64,000 bases of DNA from Octopus sinensis (taxonomy: Eukaryota), in the NCBI RefSeq assembly GCF_006345805.1, contig NC_042997.1:116994001-117058000 (forward strand), given 5' to 3'. The notes under the pieces are model-generated. The model was not told the DNA's origin. It did no database searches and saw only the letters and a list, made by a program, of their open reading frames with translations. The translations under genes and the position numbers were made by a program. Below are positions 25,201-39,099 of this stretch, in pieces (within the stretch, counting starts at the first letter, position 1; every line of letters begins with the position of its first letter).

Positions 25201-26885
25201 ATATATGTTAGAAAACCATATCATTTCTACACTTCCTGCATTATTCTTCAATAACCCTTATGAAGAAAAAACTGAGTCCATGAACCGTTTTCCATTTGCA
25301 ACTAACGGCTATTGCTTTTGACATACAAGATTAAAACTCTGAGCATATCCGTTTAAAACACTGAAACACGTTAGAAAATATCTAAATCTACACGTCAGTG
25401 AGAGAAATCATATGTTATAAATGAGAAACTAAACCACGCTTTACCATGGGTTTCATAGTTAAAATTTTGAATTCAAGGCAGGTGAAACCCGACAAATAGC
25501 TTTTTACATTAAGCTGTTTTCATTTTTTTTACTCATTAATTGTAGGCGTCGTATGGCCGAATGATTAAGAATTTAGTTTTGCTTCTACGAGGTGCTGGGT
25601 TCAATTTCACTGCAAAGCACCTTTGGCAATTGTCAAGGTACCTTGTGAAGGTAATTGGGTAGACAACAGTAGCGTCGCTGGACGGACGTGGAGCGTTAGT
25701 AAGGTGGGAGACCCTATGTGGAGCTTTCATAGGGGCGGCAATCTGGTGTCTGCTGTATAAGACTGTATAGGCAACAACCTCGAGGGGACCTGCAACCTCA
25801 AGGACTACACCTGGTGGTACACACACTAGCTACGCCACCATTACACACAACAGCATACAAGCCCGTTGAGTAGATTGTAACTGAAATTGAAAATGTACAG
25901 CGTTGTCACACACTGAGTCATGCTGAGTCTACCAGGGAAAACACAAATATTTGTGACATGCTGAACTAGTTACACGTCAATACAAGAGTAGGTTATTCAA
26001 TGGATCAAATAACTTAATCCATATCGTTGAACGTCAGAGATCTACCTTACCATACCAGCCTGAAATGCACAAGAGTGATTTATAAGAGAATTTTTGCCGT
26101 TGGTGGTGGTGTTGTTTATGTCATTGCTACTATTGCCTCTTCCAGACCAGCTCCGACCCAGTAGACCTGCGAGGTATTTCAACATTAAACTTTCAAATAC
26201 AGTATAACTTAGACTTCTTTGTCTAATATGACCTGTTTTTTTTTTATTTGACAGTAGTGAGTGGTTATAAAGTAATTAGGTTACAGTTTCCAACAGTTGG
26301 AAATACCACGAAAAAACACTTATATAAACACAGCTTGTAGAGGAGGAACTTCGTGGCGCTGATGTTTTGATATTCATAAAAATGAATATCGAAAACATCT
26401 CTGTCGATGAGAAAGACAAGAGATATGAGGAATTACATAGAAATTCCATCTTTGTGTATGTAATAAACCGTTGTGTATTCTCTTTCTTTTTCCTTTCATA
26501 TTTGAATAGTTGGAATTAGGGAATGTGATACTAAAAATGAAGAGGTAAAAAAGATGAGGTTAATTATTCGTTTAGCTAAACCCACAAAATCCTCTCGCTC
26601 GTTCATCATCTATTCCTCCTCACGGTGTATCTCTTTTCAATGTTCTATATATTTGTGTAGATATTTGTATGACGTCTATATTTTGTCCTCAATTCATCTG
26701 AATTATAAATCGATCAGATGCCGTTATTTAAATTTGTCTATCAACCTACATCTCTCTTTCTCTCTCTGTCTCTCCCTCCCTCAATCAAAGACTCAATAAA
26801 CACAAACACACACACACACACGCATATACATTGACAAGAACCAAATCAGAAATACACATTAACTATATTAGAGTGAAATATTTAA

Positions 26886-27230
26886 GGCATGGCTCTGTGG
26901 TAAAAAGCTTACTTCCCAACCATACGGTTCAGCCCCACTACGTAACACTTTGGGCTAGTGTCTTCTAGCATACGCCCGGCCAACCAAATTCTTGTCTGTG
27001 GATTTGACACACGGAAGCTAAAAATGCCCGTGTGTGTGCGTGTTTGTTCTCCACCACTGCTTGACAACCGATGTTGGTTTATTTACATCTATGTCATTGT
27101 AACTTAGCGTTTCGGCAAAAGTGACGATAGAATAAATACAAGGCTTTAAAAAAGGACTGATTTAGATTCGTTCTTGTAAAACCTCTCAAAGCGGTGCCCC
27201 AGCATGGCCACAGCGAACGGCAGAAAAGAT
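26886..27230 (+). mobile_element. SINE family A, diverged
   Basis: ggcatggctctgtggtaaaaagcttacttcccaacc...gcggtgccccagcatggccacag. Confidence 0.8.
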
Positions 27231-28217
27231 ATTTAGTGATTATGCATTCTGCCCGGAATATCATATCTGGGAATACTAAATAATTGTGGCATTATAAACA
27301 TAAAAAAGGATATACACCTTATGCAATTATGTGCCACATGTACTGGCATCCAGAGTTTCTTTTGTTGCATGATAGGAAGAAGTTATTGTAAGGTACATAA
27401 CTCCTTTCGTTCAACTATAGATCATTAAGGATGAGAAGTTTTCTGTTGCACGGCTATAAAATAAGAACGTCGCTCTTAAGAAATATATATGTGCTAATGC
27501 TAATATAATCACGTTTGTAAACGTATTGTGAGCGTTTTTGCATTATGTTGACTTAATAGCAGGATTTGATGTTGCAAACACATAACCTGTGGGCGGGGGG
27601 TACTTTTCCAGTGCTTCAAGATCTGTAATGTTAATAGCTCATATGTTTAATGTGCATATTTAATATGAATTTCTTTTCAGCTTTGCAAAAGCAGTAGTTT
27701 TTTTTTCTTTTCTTTTTTTCCTATAGCGTTTCGGTGTTTTACGTTTTTCGAAGATCTATCTGATTTCGAATCCATTACTGTTTTTTTACGGGTTCACTGT
27801 GCAATTGAATAAGTTTCTGGATTTTCGCCTTTTCTATAGATCTGAAAAAAGAACTGGTTATAGAAGAATTGTTGCAATATAGCTTCAAACAAACCTACAT
27901 ACTATTTACGAATATTGTTTCAGAAGCTGCGTTTGTGATTACAAGGCCCTTGCTTTGATTTCAGTGCATATTATCTTTTGCAAATGTCAAGGTACCTTCT
28001 GGATGTAATTGGGTAGACAGCAGTGGCATCTACAGCTATATTTCCGCATGTGAAACTGCATTCAATTAATTTAGATGATCTACTTGTAATTTAGTGTTCA
28101 ACTAAGCCGCTACGCAATTTTGGGTCAGGTCTGTTTCATACGTTGAACATTTATACACAAGTATGTGTGTGGCGTGTGTGTGTGTGAATATGTATGTACG
28201 TATGTATGTATGTATAT

Positions 28218-28920
28218 TAGCGTGTGGTCGTCGTAATGACCATGGCAGAGAAAGGTGTTATGGCGATACCTGCTCAGAGACTGTCGCAAGTTGCAGAAGG
28301 TATATGGAGAGGAGTGTATGGGTGGCACACAAGTGTATGAGAGGTTCAGATATTTCCAAGATGGTTGAAAAAATGTCGATACTGACGAAAGTTTTGGGAG
28401 ACGCGCAACCAGCAGAATAGAGAAAAACATCGGAGATGTACGTACAGCTGTGAGAGGAAATTGTCAGATCACCATACGTGAGTTATCAGAGGATATGTAG
28501 ATTAGTTACGGTTCAATTCAGTCCATAATCACTGACGATTTGGGTATTACGCGTGTCTGCCAACTTTGTGCCAAAACTGCTTTCAGCTGACCAAAAAGAC
28601 ACTCGGGTTTCAGTTGCACAAGATCTCCTTGATTGTGTCAAGAGCGATGAAAACTTTTGAAAAATTTGCGTAGGCCTTTGAGCAGGTATCGCCAAGATTT
28701 TGGCAAAATTTGAAGCAGATTCTCTGCTCAATTTTCCCTGTCATGGTCAATGCGACGATCACACGCTACATAACTTCCTTCCAAGCACTGCTGTAAACAG
28801 CGGAATGAGCTAGAACGTAAATGCGCATGCACAGCGAAGTCAATCTGTGCCAAGCGGTTTCACTCTGCGTGCTTTAGCTTCGCTGCTATAGCAACAGTCC
28901 GGATACTTATTGATCAGATT
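28218..28920. mobile_element. mariner-derived rearranged element, copy 1
   Basis: Plus strand carries transposase N-terminal region (GDTCSE...VPKLLSADQKDTRVSVAQDLLDCVKSDENF). It is fused at about 28660 to an inverted 5' end with TIR ctgatcaataagtatccggact. Confidence 0.88.
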
Positions 28921-29639
28921 ATATATGATGATGATGAGGAGGAGGATTGCCTCATCATGTCAGGTGGCAGCCGGTTTCACATTCGGCCTGATTGTTCTGA
29001 TTTACTTTCATCCTTTCATGTGCACGGTTATCCGTTGTCATATGACTTTATAAAATATAAAAGGAATCCAGGAATATGACAGTAAGACATGTCTACGTCA
29101 TTGGATTGGACTGAAAAAAGCTTTTACATCAGTTTTACCACAAACTTGGTCGCCATATTAGGTTCCAGTGACAAGCATTGCAAGATGGCTGCTTCTAATT
29201 TGATTACAAGTTTTATACCAGAACATCTTTCTCCTAGAAGAGCTGCCTTACCCACAGCTTTGTCAGAAATTACGGGAGCCTCTTCTACTTCTGGGAAGTC
29301 CATTTAACCCATAATTGGGGCCCTAACAACTTCTACCGTTCCGGATCAGAACAAACCTGGGAGTAATGGTAGTTAAGTGTAGGCTCCATCCGTACACAAC
29401 TTCAGAACTCCCGGCCTGGAACCTCACCACAAGATACAAATTAATATCACACCCAGGACAAATATATATACACACATACATACATACATATATATATATA
29501 TTTACCCGCGCGCATGTGTGTGTGTATTTATTACTTATAAATTATGTTGCGTTAGAGTTTATGGGAAGTGAATGATCACTGTTCAGAGCCATTTTTGCTG
29601 AACCTCTCCAAACAGGACCGAATTTATCTGTAGCCATCA

Positions 29640-29829
29640 TCTCTGTCTTTCTCTCTCTCTCTCTCCCTCTCTCTCTCTCTCTAACACACACACATATGTG
29701 AGAGAGAAATGAGGGAGAAATATATAGAAAATATACAACATATAAAATGGTATATACATAAATTACACACATGTATGTATATACGTATCGATATAAATAC
29801 ACATATACTTATATACATACGTATGTATG

Positions 29830-29905
<76 letters not shown>

Positions 29906-30146
29906 GCATATGGGTGTATATGTGTTGATATATACTTATGTAGTTAAGCATGCGTGTATATGTGTACGTGGATGGGTGAATATTTGTACATATATATTAA
30001 TATAGATATAATGTCAGCGCTAACGTTTGTATGTTTGCATATATTTATACGTATATGTACATATATGTATGTATGTGTGTCTGTTTGTATGTATGGATGT
30101 GTGTGCGCGCGATGGTATTGCTGTGATTGAATAGGGAACAAGAAAG

Positions 30147-30186
<40 letters not shown>

Positions 30187-30200
30187 ACAGAGAAAGAGAG
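29640..30200. repeat. Compound (CT)n/(TG)n/(GA)n microsatellites
   Basis: Direct reading. Confidence 0.92.
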
Positions 30201-30723
30201 AGAATACAGAGAAAGATGATAGATCGAAGAAGGGAGGAATCGAAGAACTTTCGAACTAAAAACAAAAAAAAATCATTCATCGATGATTTTGCTCGTTGTT
30301 ATCTTCATTTCCCCATATTTTCAAACAAAAACCGAACACACAACTACGGGGGAACATTCTGGTGTTTGTATTATTACTACTACTACTATTAACTATTTCT
30401 GACAACACTAAAACCCACCAAACACTATTACTTCTCCTACAACAACAATAGCAACAACTACTACTACTGCTACTATTACAGGGAGAATAACAACTACTAT
30501 AACAAAAGCTACACGACACCTAATGCTGTTACTAATACTTTGTGAGAGCATCAACTAGCTCCGTTACTAAAAAAATGAATATGTAAATAAATAAATAAAT
30601 AAATGAACTACTGTTGCATTACTCTGCACCACCCCCTACTCTCACCACTCTCTCACCAGTACCAGTACCAGTACCACTACCACTACATTGCCTGTCTCTG
30701 TCTCTTCTTTGGTTTGTTGACAG

Positions 30724-31127
30724 AGGTAGCAGCAGTGCAGTGGTGTTCTAGTGTTTCGAATATCAGTGATAGCGCTGGAGTCCACCACAGGCAAAGACGA
30801 CATTTTCTCATTATAGTAATAATAATGTAAGCTAGCAGTTTTATCACCTGTATATAATATATTTTTCGAGGTCGCTGTCATAGGAGATATGATTCCTGTT
30901 GTGGTCTTCTGCACCGACAACCGTCTCGCCACTATCCTTCTCGTTGTTGCGTATCCCTTTCAGTAAATTCTCTCTTCCAATACATCGCCTTTCACTAAAT
31001 GATGGAATGCATCCTTTAGATAACAATACTCTTCGAACTTCCTACACATCCAAGCGGATGGGAAGCGCCAAAAACACCTGGAACACTTACAAGTATGAGA
31101 AACTCTGGGTGGACGAAACCGCAAAAG
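30724..31127 (+). CDS. Candidate first coding exon (5'UTR plus [40 protein letters not shown] from ATG 31007)
   Basis: Strong polypyrimidine acceptor cctgtctctgtctcttctttggtttgttgacag| and consensus donor AAG|gtaagt. Complex, GC-richer sequence with the frame open from 30893 to the donor. Product unknown. Confidence 0.4.
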
Positions 31128-31255
31128 GTAAGTTCACCGAGTAAACAAATAACTTGTATACCCGAATGTATATATATGTATGCATGTATTTATGTTTGCA
31201 GATATGTATGTATGCATGTATGCATGTATCTCTTTCTCCCTCTCACACACACACG

Positions 31256-31286
<31 letters not shown>

Positions 31287-31369
31287 AATATAAATATAAT
31301 TATATATATATATATAGTTGCATACTTACATATATATGCTACAAAGTCAATCGCTAACTCATATATACC

Positions 31370-31568
31370 TACACTGTATGTCTATATATATATATTTATG
31401 TATATATATATATGTATGTATGTCTATATGTATGTATATATGTATGTATATATATGTATTTATGTACGTATATATGCATGTATGTATGTACGTATATATG
31501 TATGTATGTATATATGTGTATATATATGTATATATATATGTATGTATGTATATGTATGTATATATTTG

Positions 31569-31609
<41 letters not shown>

Positions 31610-31614
31610 GTACG

Positions 31615-31647
<33 letters not shown>

Positions 31648-31650
31648 ATC
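31370..31650. repeat. (TA)n/(TATG)n compound microsatellite
   Basis: Direct reading; explains the 190-aa pseudo-ORF 31095-31667. Confidence 0.96.
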
Positions 31651-31716
31651 AATATTTGAAATTTTAATATAGCTCACGATAGCTAAAAGTACTAAAGACA
31701 AAAGAGTGTATATATA

Positions 31717-31754
<38 letters not shown>

Positions 31755-32171
31755 TCAGATTTATGAATGGGTAATTGCATTGATGCACATATGAAAGCAC
31801 AATGCATTCATGTTGCATGCATGCATGCTATGCCATGCAAATACACATATATCATTTAAAAAAACATACACTGTTCTCAGTCATACAGAACGCATGCATA
31901 CGCACACATATCGACGCATACACAAGCTCTTCGTTCTGTGTGCATTTATTTCTTATATACATAGAATCTTTCTTATATATATATATATCGATCTATTCTC
32001 TTTGCGTCTTTCTTAAGATTTCTGTTTCCTTCTGTCTCCTCTGCTTCTCACGCACGCACGCACACGCTTACACACATGTACAATAATTGATATAATTGCG
32101 CATTTATATACACATATACATGCATATATATGTGTATATATATATACACACATGCCCACTCACTCACACAT

Positions 32172-32202
<31 letters not shown>

Positions 32203-32440
32203 GTAAGTATGTGTGTATATGTGTGTATATGCGTGTGTATGAGTTAGTGTATGCAAATGCGCATATAAGTGTGTGTTTACACCCAGTTGTTGAATGCTCG
32301 CATAAACACGCAGAAACACATGCACACACATTAATGCCTATCTATCTATCGATCTATCTATCGATCTATCTATCTATCATCGTATTCTCACTTCTCTTTC
32401 CGTGTGTGTGTAAACAGACATTATAATATATATTATATAT

Positions 32441-32478
<38 letters not shown>

Positions 32479-32697
32479 AGTATGTGTGTATATGTGTGTA
32501 TATGCGTGTGTATGAGTTAGTGTATGCAAATGCGCATATAAGTGTGTGTTTACACCCAGTTGTTGAATGCTCGCATAAACACGCAGAAACACATGCACAC
32601 ACATTAATGCCTATCTATCTATCGATCTATCTATCGATCTATCTATCTATCATCGTATTCTCACTTCTCTTTCCGTGTGTGTGTAAACAGACATTAT
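32203..32697 (+). repeat. Direct tandem duplication, two ~222-bp copies, period 273
   Basis: 32203-32424 and 32476-32697 read identically by eye and are separated by (AT)n. Confidence 0.92.
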
Positions 32698-32700
32698 ATA

Positions 32701-32786
<86 letters not shown>

Positions 32787-33414
32787 CATACATACATATT
32801 TACATACTAATTTACTATTTTACGTGTGTTAATCATTGGACTGCAGCCATGATTGGGTGCCGCGTTGTTATATATATGTGGATATTATTGTTTATGATAT
32901 CAGTGGCTTAGCATGCGTAAAAAACCCATAACAGTAAAAAAAAATATCAATTAATATAGTAACCTTAATCATTAATATATAGATAGATAGGTGGGGGAGA
33001 GAGGTGCGTATATAGAAAAAGAGACTGTGAAAGAAAAACTCAAAACGGAGAGATTGAAGCAGAAGGAAAAGCGTGCGCAAGTGAGAAAGTTAGACTGACA
33101 GAAAGAATGACACATTTAAAGAGAATAAAACGTGCAAAGAGCTTTACAACAGATATAGTGAGTGTTCGTACAATAAATTGATATACACACATCACATACA
33201 TTTATTATGATGTGTCTTTATTTTATGCATCGCATTAATGCATATTCCTTAACACGAGATGCTACTTTTTGACATGTTTAAATGCCGTTTATGAGGGTTG
33301 TGAAAAAAAAAAAAAGTGCTTGTAACCAATTTCAAATTGCTGTTTTTGCTGCAAGAGCGCTACGTGCATTACGTATATTTGAATGAACCAATGAGGGAAC
33401 CTCTACGCTACCGC

Positions 33415-33904
33415 TTGATTTGCTGAAATTAGCAGCCAAATTCCCCGCAAATCATACACTACTTTCTTAAATAAGGATACTTTTAACAATATAATCCCGA
33501 ATATGATACGTATGATATCATTAAAACACGATGGTTCTGCTTACATTGATTTTGATCCTAGGTGCACTCAGTCAGGGGTCTACTTGGGCTAAAGAACACT
33601 ACTATCAGCTTATTTTCTCGAATTGAGGAAACTGCTACTACTCAACTACTACTACTACTACTACTGATGATGATGATAATAATAATAATAATATCTTTCT
33701 ATGATAGTCACAAGGGAGGAATTTCGGGGGAGAGGATAGCTCGGTTACACTGACCCCAATGATCAACTGGTTTTTATTTTACCAACCTCAGAAGGATGAA
33801 AGGCAAAGTCGATCTCGGCTGAATTTGAACTCAGAGCGTAAAAATGGACGAAATACCGCTAAGCATGTCGTCCGGCGGGCTGAGGATTATGCCAGCTCGT
33901 CTCC

Positions 33905-33940
<36 letters not shown>

Positions 33941-34885
33941 GAAATAATGCCACAACATTTTGACATTTTGGGTAGTGATATATAGTCGACTTAACCGATG
34001 CCAGTACATGAATGGTAGTAATTTTATGAATCACGAGTGAATGCAATGGTGACCCCGGCAAGATTCGATCTCAGAAATAATAATGATTATTGTTTCTTTT
34101 TAAAGTATCAAGGCTGGAGTTTTATATGTGGTGTGAGCGAAGTTAGGACATTCATGGATTTCTCAAAGATGTAAATGAAATGATACTATCACCCAGTAAA
34201 CAATGGGTTCGCAGAATCTGCTAATCTGTGATATTCAGTGTTTCGCTTTCGCTTCTAGTAATTTCTTACTCATGTCAGCGAGGTAACCGCTGCGTGATTC
34301 ATTTGACATGGTAGAAATAGCATCGTAATTTCCTTCAGATCACACCCTTTTGTCTTAGTATAGTAAAGATTGACTGGATAATGTGGTCCTAGATACACTA
34401 TGATAGAAAAGGCCACGATATCATAACTGGAACTTCGTTGATCATAAGGTCATCTCGAGTAGCACTAAGTAAGACAACAACAAATACAACAACAGTATAT
34501 TGACGCAGGGCTGTATCACATTTTATGGAGGAAAGCATGGGTGATTGCATGGACACCAGTGCATTACTAGTTGATAACTAAAAGCTGTTAAATATGAAGA
34601 CTGATATTGTGTCGTTTCTATCAATGTTGTTCCTTAATGGTGTAAGGGTCTAGGCGGTCATTTAAACTACTAAAAATAACAGGTAAATCATTTTCAAACA
34701 ACACCCTACTAAAGATCTTTATGAAAAAAAAGAATTATAAATAAACGAGGACGAGTTGGATAATGTAGTTCGAGGCACACTGTTTCAAAACTAAATAAAC
34801 AAACAAACAAAATTCCAGATGATCATGGTCATTGGTCTTGTAGATGATATCTAACCTGGGGCTAAAACAACTTCAGTAACAACAA
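33415..34885 (+). mobile_element. Three diverged copies of a SINE-tail family D (33415-33605, 34302-34493, 34660-34885) around an antisense family B copy (33700-33905)
   Basis: Shared gaaatagcagccaaat...caaatcacaccct...ggataatgtagtcc...gatcatagg...ggggctaaa(c)aac. Confidence 0.65.
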
Positions 34886-35149
34886 TAAGTGTATGTTTTT
34901 TCTTTTCCGTTCTTTACACAACAAAAGGATATAGGTGATTATGTCTTCCCACGTATATGACTGCTACATATTTTATAAACCCTCAAGGATATTAAAACGA
35001 CGAAACAGTTCCACGTTTACTGTTATTTAACTGCAACCTCTGTGGCCAATAGTAATAACATTTCTACTATTCCAGAATCATTGTTTGTGTTTTTGGCACA
35101 AGACGACGGATTTTAGGTAGTGAGCTTTGTCAATAGAATCGTCTCACTA

Positions 35150-35446
35150 CATGATTGGTACATGGATTAATCGACCCCAAAACGGTGGAATGCAAACGTT
35201 GACATCGCATCGAGCCAATGAAATCATAATGATAAAAATGGTTTCAAGTTTGGACCAGGGCCACCAATTTTCAGGGAGGAGTAAGTCGATAATATCAACC
35301 TCAGTTCTCAGCTGGCACTTATTTTATCGACTCCTGGAAATGCAAGGCAAAGTCAACCTCGGCTGCATTTCAGGTCAGAACGTAAAGTCGGACGAAATGC
35401 CGCTAAGCAATTTGTCCGGGGAGAGCAATTCTGCCAGCTCAACGCC

Positions 35447-35501
<55 letters not shown>

Positions 35502-35990
35502 TCCTTTCTACTATAGGCACAATGTCTGAAATTTTGGGGAGTGGACCAGTCGATTACATCGACCCCAGTGCTTCACTGGTACTTATTTAATCGAGCCCTA
35601 AAGGATAAAAGGCAAAGTCAACCTCGGCGTTTAATAATAATAATAATCCTTTGTACTATAGGCACAAGGGCTTAAATTTGGGGGAGCGGATAATCGATTA
35701 CATCGACCCTAGTACTCAACTGTTACTTAATTTATCGACAACGGAAGGATGAAAGGCAAAGTCGACCTCGGCAGAATTTGGACTCAGAGGGTAGCAACAG
35801 ACAAGATAGCTTTAAGCATTTCGCCTGGCGTGCTGACGATTCTGCCAGCTCACAGAATAACAATAATAATGGCTTCAAATTTTGGCACAAGGCCAGCAAG
35901 TTGGGTGAGTGGAGAAGTCGATTAAAGCCGACCCTAGTGCTCAACTGGTACATATTTTATCGACGCCGAAAAGATAGCAGACAAAGTGGT
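35150..35990 (-). mobile_element. Tandem array of four family B-related SINE copies separated by (AAT)n
   Basis: Repeated atcgacccc...aaggcaaagtc(a/g)acctcggc...ctgccagctc blocks; (AAT)n at 35448-35499, 35630-35648 and 35855-35870. Confidence 0.85.
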
Positions 35991-36126
35991 CCTCGACATT
36001 TCAATGGTTAAAACTTAGAGAAGAAAACAAAAGAAAAAACATAAAAACCGCAAAGTTTATACGGTCGTGTGATTATAATTAATGATATATTTGATGTTTT
36101 AACAAATAAAACAAAATAGCAATGTG

Positions 36127-36226
36127 NNNNNNNNNNNNNNNNNNNNNNNNNNNNNNNNNNNNNNNNNNNNNNNNNNNNNNNNNNNNNNNNNNNNNNNNNN
36201 NNNNNNNNNNNNNNNNNNNNNNNNNN
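36127..36226. other. Assembly gap (100 N)
   Basis: Direct reading; a round 100 N usually marks a gap of unknown size. Confidence 1.
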
Positions 36227-36400
36227 AGTTTACACCTTTACCTATAATCATTGAAGCACTTGGCTATGTTTGTAAACGTTTAAGTCATTGCATTACTAGG
36301 AAAAGCCATGGTTTTCGTATAAAGAAAGGGACCATGTAACTAATATTCTAAAAATGCAATCTGTATATGAAAGGATACCCAAGACGGTTCGGAAATTTAA
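36227..36400 (+). mobile_element. Possible R4/Dong-like REL-endonuclease C-terminal relic
   Basis: LPIIIEALGYV resembles the PIIIGALG motif; short and decayed. Confidence 0.35.
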
Positions 36401-36547
36401 GATGCAATTTCATTCTGTAGCATTTATCTAAATTTCAGTGATAGAGTTTTATTTATTAACTTGAAAAAGACCATTTCTTTACAGAAAGAAATTAAACAAT
36501 AAAATAATGAATATAGCCACATACACACATACAGAGTTGTTTTTTTA

Positions 36548-36935
36548 GCATGGCTGTGTAGTTAAGACGCTAGCTTTGCAACCGCGAGGTTTTGGGTTCA
36601 GTCCTACAGTGCAGTACTTTGGGGGAGATGTCCTGTACTATAGCTTTGGTTCCATCAACGTATTGTGAGGTAATTTGATAGACGGAAGCTGTAAAAGACC
36701 ATTGTGTGTCGTTGTATTCGCCTTTGTGCGTTTACCCCGCCACCACCACCACCACTGATTGACAACTGGTGTTGATTCGTTTACGTTCCGGAAACTTAGC
36801 TGTTCGGCAATAGAAACCGATAGAATATGTCCTAGACTTTGAAAATGACCACTAGATTCGATTTCGTCGACAAAACCCTTCAAGGTGAAACCCCAGCATG
36901 GCTACATTCGAAGTTGTGAAATAAGCAAAAGAAAA
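36548..36935 (+). mobile_element. SINE family A, diverged
   Basis: gcatggctgtgtagttaagacgctagc...ggttcagtcctacagtgcag...ccccagcatggc. Confidence 0.8.
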
Positions 36936-38257
36936 ACACACGCACGCACGCACACGCGCGCGCATTGATTTTTAGTGAGTTATGTTGTGATACACAAGCA
37001 TAAAAGTGCAGCCTGATATATTTTCTTAAGAGTAAAATAAACAAGTTTAATTGTCTAAATCCTAACGTCGACTGCACGAAACATTCTCGGTCCTAATATG
37101 GAATTCTGTTTGCCTTACCCTTGAAAATACAAGCATATATAAACATACATAAAAATACCTTTAATTACACCAAAGTCTTATTCTTCTGTTAGACTCGTGT
37201 ATTGTTCCCTCTTATGTTAGCTATGATTGATCAATTATCAGATGGTACTACAACCACGTGCAAACATTCTATCTTTTTAAGGCACCATGTATCTGCGCCT
37301 ATAATATCCAATCTTGTTTGATGACATAATGAGGTACTATGAGGGAAATCTCTCTGATATTTATAACAGATCTAGTGAACTAACTGTTCTATGGCTGACT
37401 TGTAGGTAAATCATGAATGTTTGTCACATGATACGATATGACGGTATGATCTTGTCCAGGTTTTCTTGTCAACTATCTGAAATTATGAAATCAATGTTAT
37501 AATAAGGCAAGGCCACCGCATGAAATAAGATTTTATCATTGCATTCATTCATAAAAAATATCTTACAAGATAATTACTGTTGTTGTTTTCAATTATTTTC
37601 AAAATCTATTATTTTTAGATTTTATTACAATCGTATAACTATTTCGATGGCAGACTGGCAGAACCGTTAGCTTCTCGATTATTTGTCTAGATTCTTTGCA
37701 ATTTTAATTCAAATCTCGCCAACGTTGCCTATGTCTTTTATGCCTTCAAAGTCGATACAATAATGTACCCGTTTACGGCATTCCTTCGATGTAACTCGAC
37801 AAAATCAAAACATTTCACTTCGAGTATTTCGGTGGGATGTGGAGTATAGATATAACGAAATTATGCCAGCAATATCTCATTTTAAACTTGAAGAAAAAAA
37901 GCCTTGCATATATGTTCTTACCCGTTTCATGTGTGTATGTAAAATCCGAAAATTTCCAAGCAGAAAATAGAATCGAACTGTTATTTGCTTCCACGGAAAT
38001 AACCGAAGTGAAATGTTTTGATTTTGTCGATTTATATCGAAGGAATGCTCAGTTTACTGTGTAAGTCGATTAAGTCGAATATTCCCCCCGCCAAAATTGC
38101 TGGTCTTGCGACTCGATTCGAGGCTTTCATATATATATGATTCCTTACATAAGAACAAGTTGTCTCACTTTTGTGGAAAGGGAACTAGAGATTGTATTAA
38201 TACTAATACTTAACAGGTGCTAGGATTAATTTAATCGATAGTACTTGATTGGCGAAA

Positions 38258-38580
38258 ATGCATGTGGCTTAATGGTTAGGAGATTTGGCTCACAATCGTT
38301 AGGACGTGAGTTCGATTCCCAGTGATGTATTGTGCCACTGAGAAAGACACTTTATTTCACCTTGTTGCAGCCCATTCAGCTGACAAAAAATATTTATATA
38401 TCTGTATTTCAAAGGGCCAGCCCTGTCACACTCCGTGTCCCACTGAATCTCCCTGAGAACTAGATTAAGGGTTCACGTGTCTGTGGAGTGCTCGGCTACT
38501 TGTACGTTAATTTCACGAGCAGGCTGTTCCATTCATCGGATCAACTGGAACTCTCGTAGTCGTAACCGACGGAGTGCTAA
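38258..38580 (+). mobile_element. SINE family C variant
   Basis: gtggcttaatggttagg...gagttcgattccc head and tail gtcgtaaccgacggagtgc. Confidence 0.88.
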
Positions 38581-39099
38581 CTACGTGACAGATGCATAAT
38601 TTATTTCTCTCAGAAGGGTGAAATATAAAGTTGACCTTGACAAGATTTGAAACTCAGATCTTGAAGAACTTTACTGAATACCACGAAGCAGTTTGCCAAA
38701 CACTCTTACAGTTCTACCAATCCAATCGTGTAGCAGTTTTAAAACAATACTTATGAAGAAGGATAATTGTTAATCTTAATCTCTAAACGTCTAGAGGTTA
38801 TGGATGTTTTGAAAATATACCTAGAATGATTACTAGTTTGTATTTTTTTTTATTTTACTTGTAATGTCTGTTGCTCTTGTTTTGTTTATTCAAAACTGAT
38901 TTCCTGAAGATAATCCAATGATTATCAAGCAACATATATTTGATCCAAGTTCTAAAATATCATCCGAGAAAGTATTCTAATTTTTAATTCGTTGGGAGTG
39001 GATAAATATTTATATTCTTAAACAGGATTTCTATCTTTGCATCGCTAAAACTTGGCAACGGATGAGGATAAATATTTCTTAATATGTTATTACTAAAGT

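Noticed and set aside
25770-25783. 14-nt exact match (ggcaacaacctcga) to the hammerhead stem II region at 46664-46677
   Set aside because: Matches of this length are expected by chance within 64 kb and the flanks do not align.
36124-36339. ORF spanning X residues
   Set aside because: Artefact of translating the N gap.
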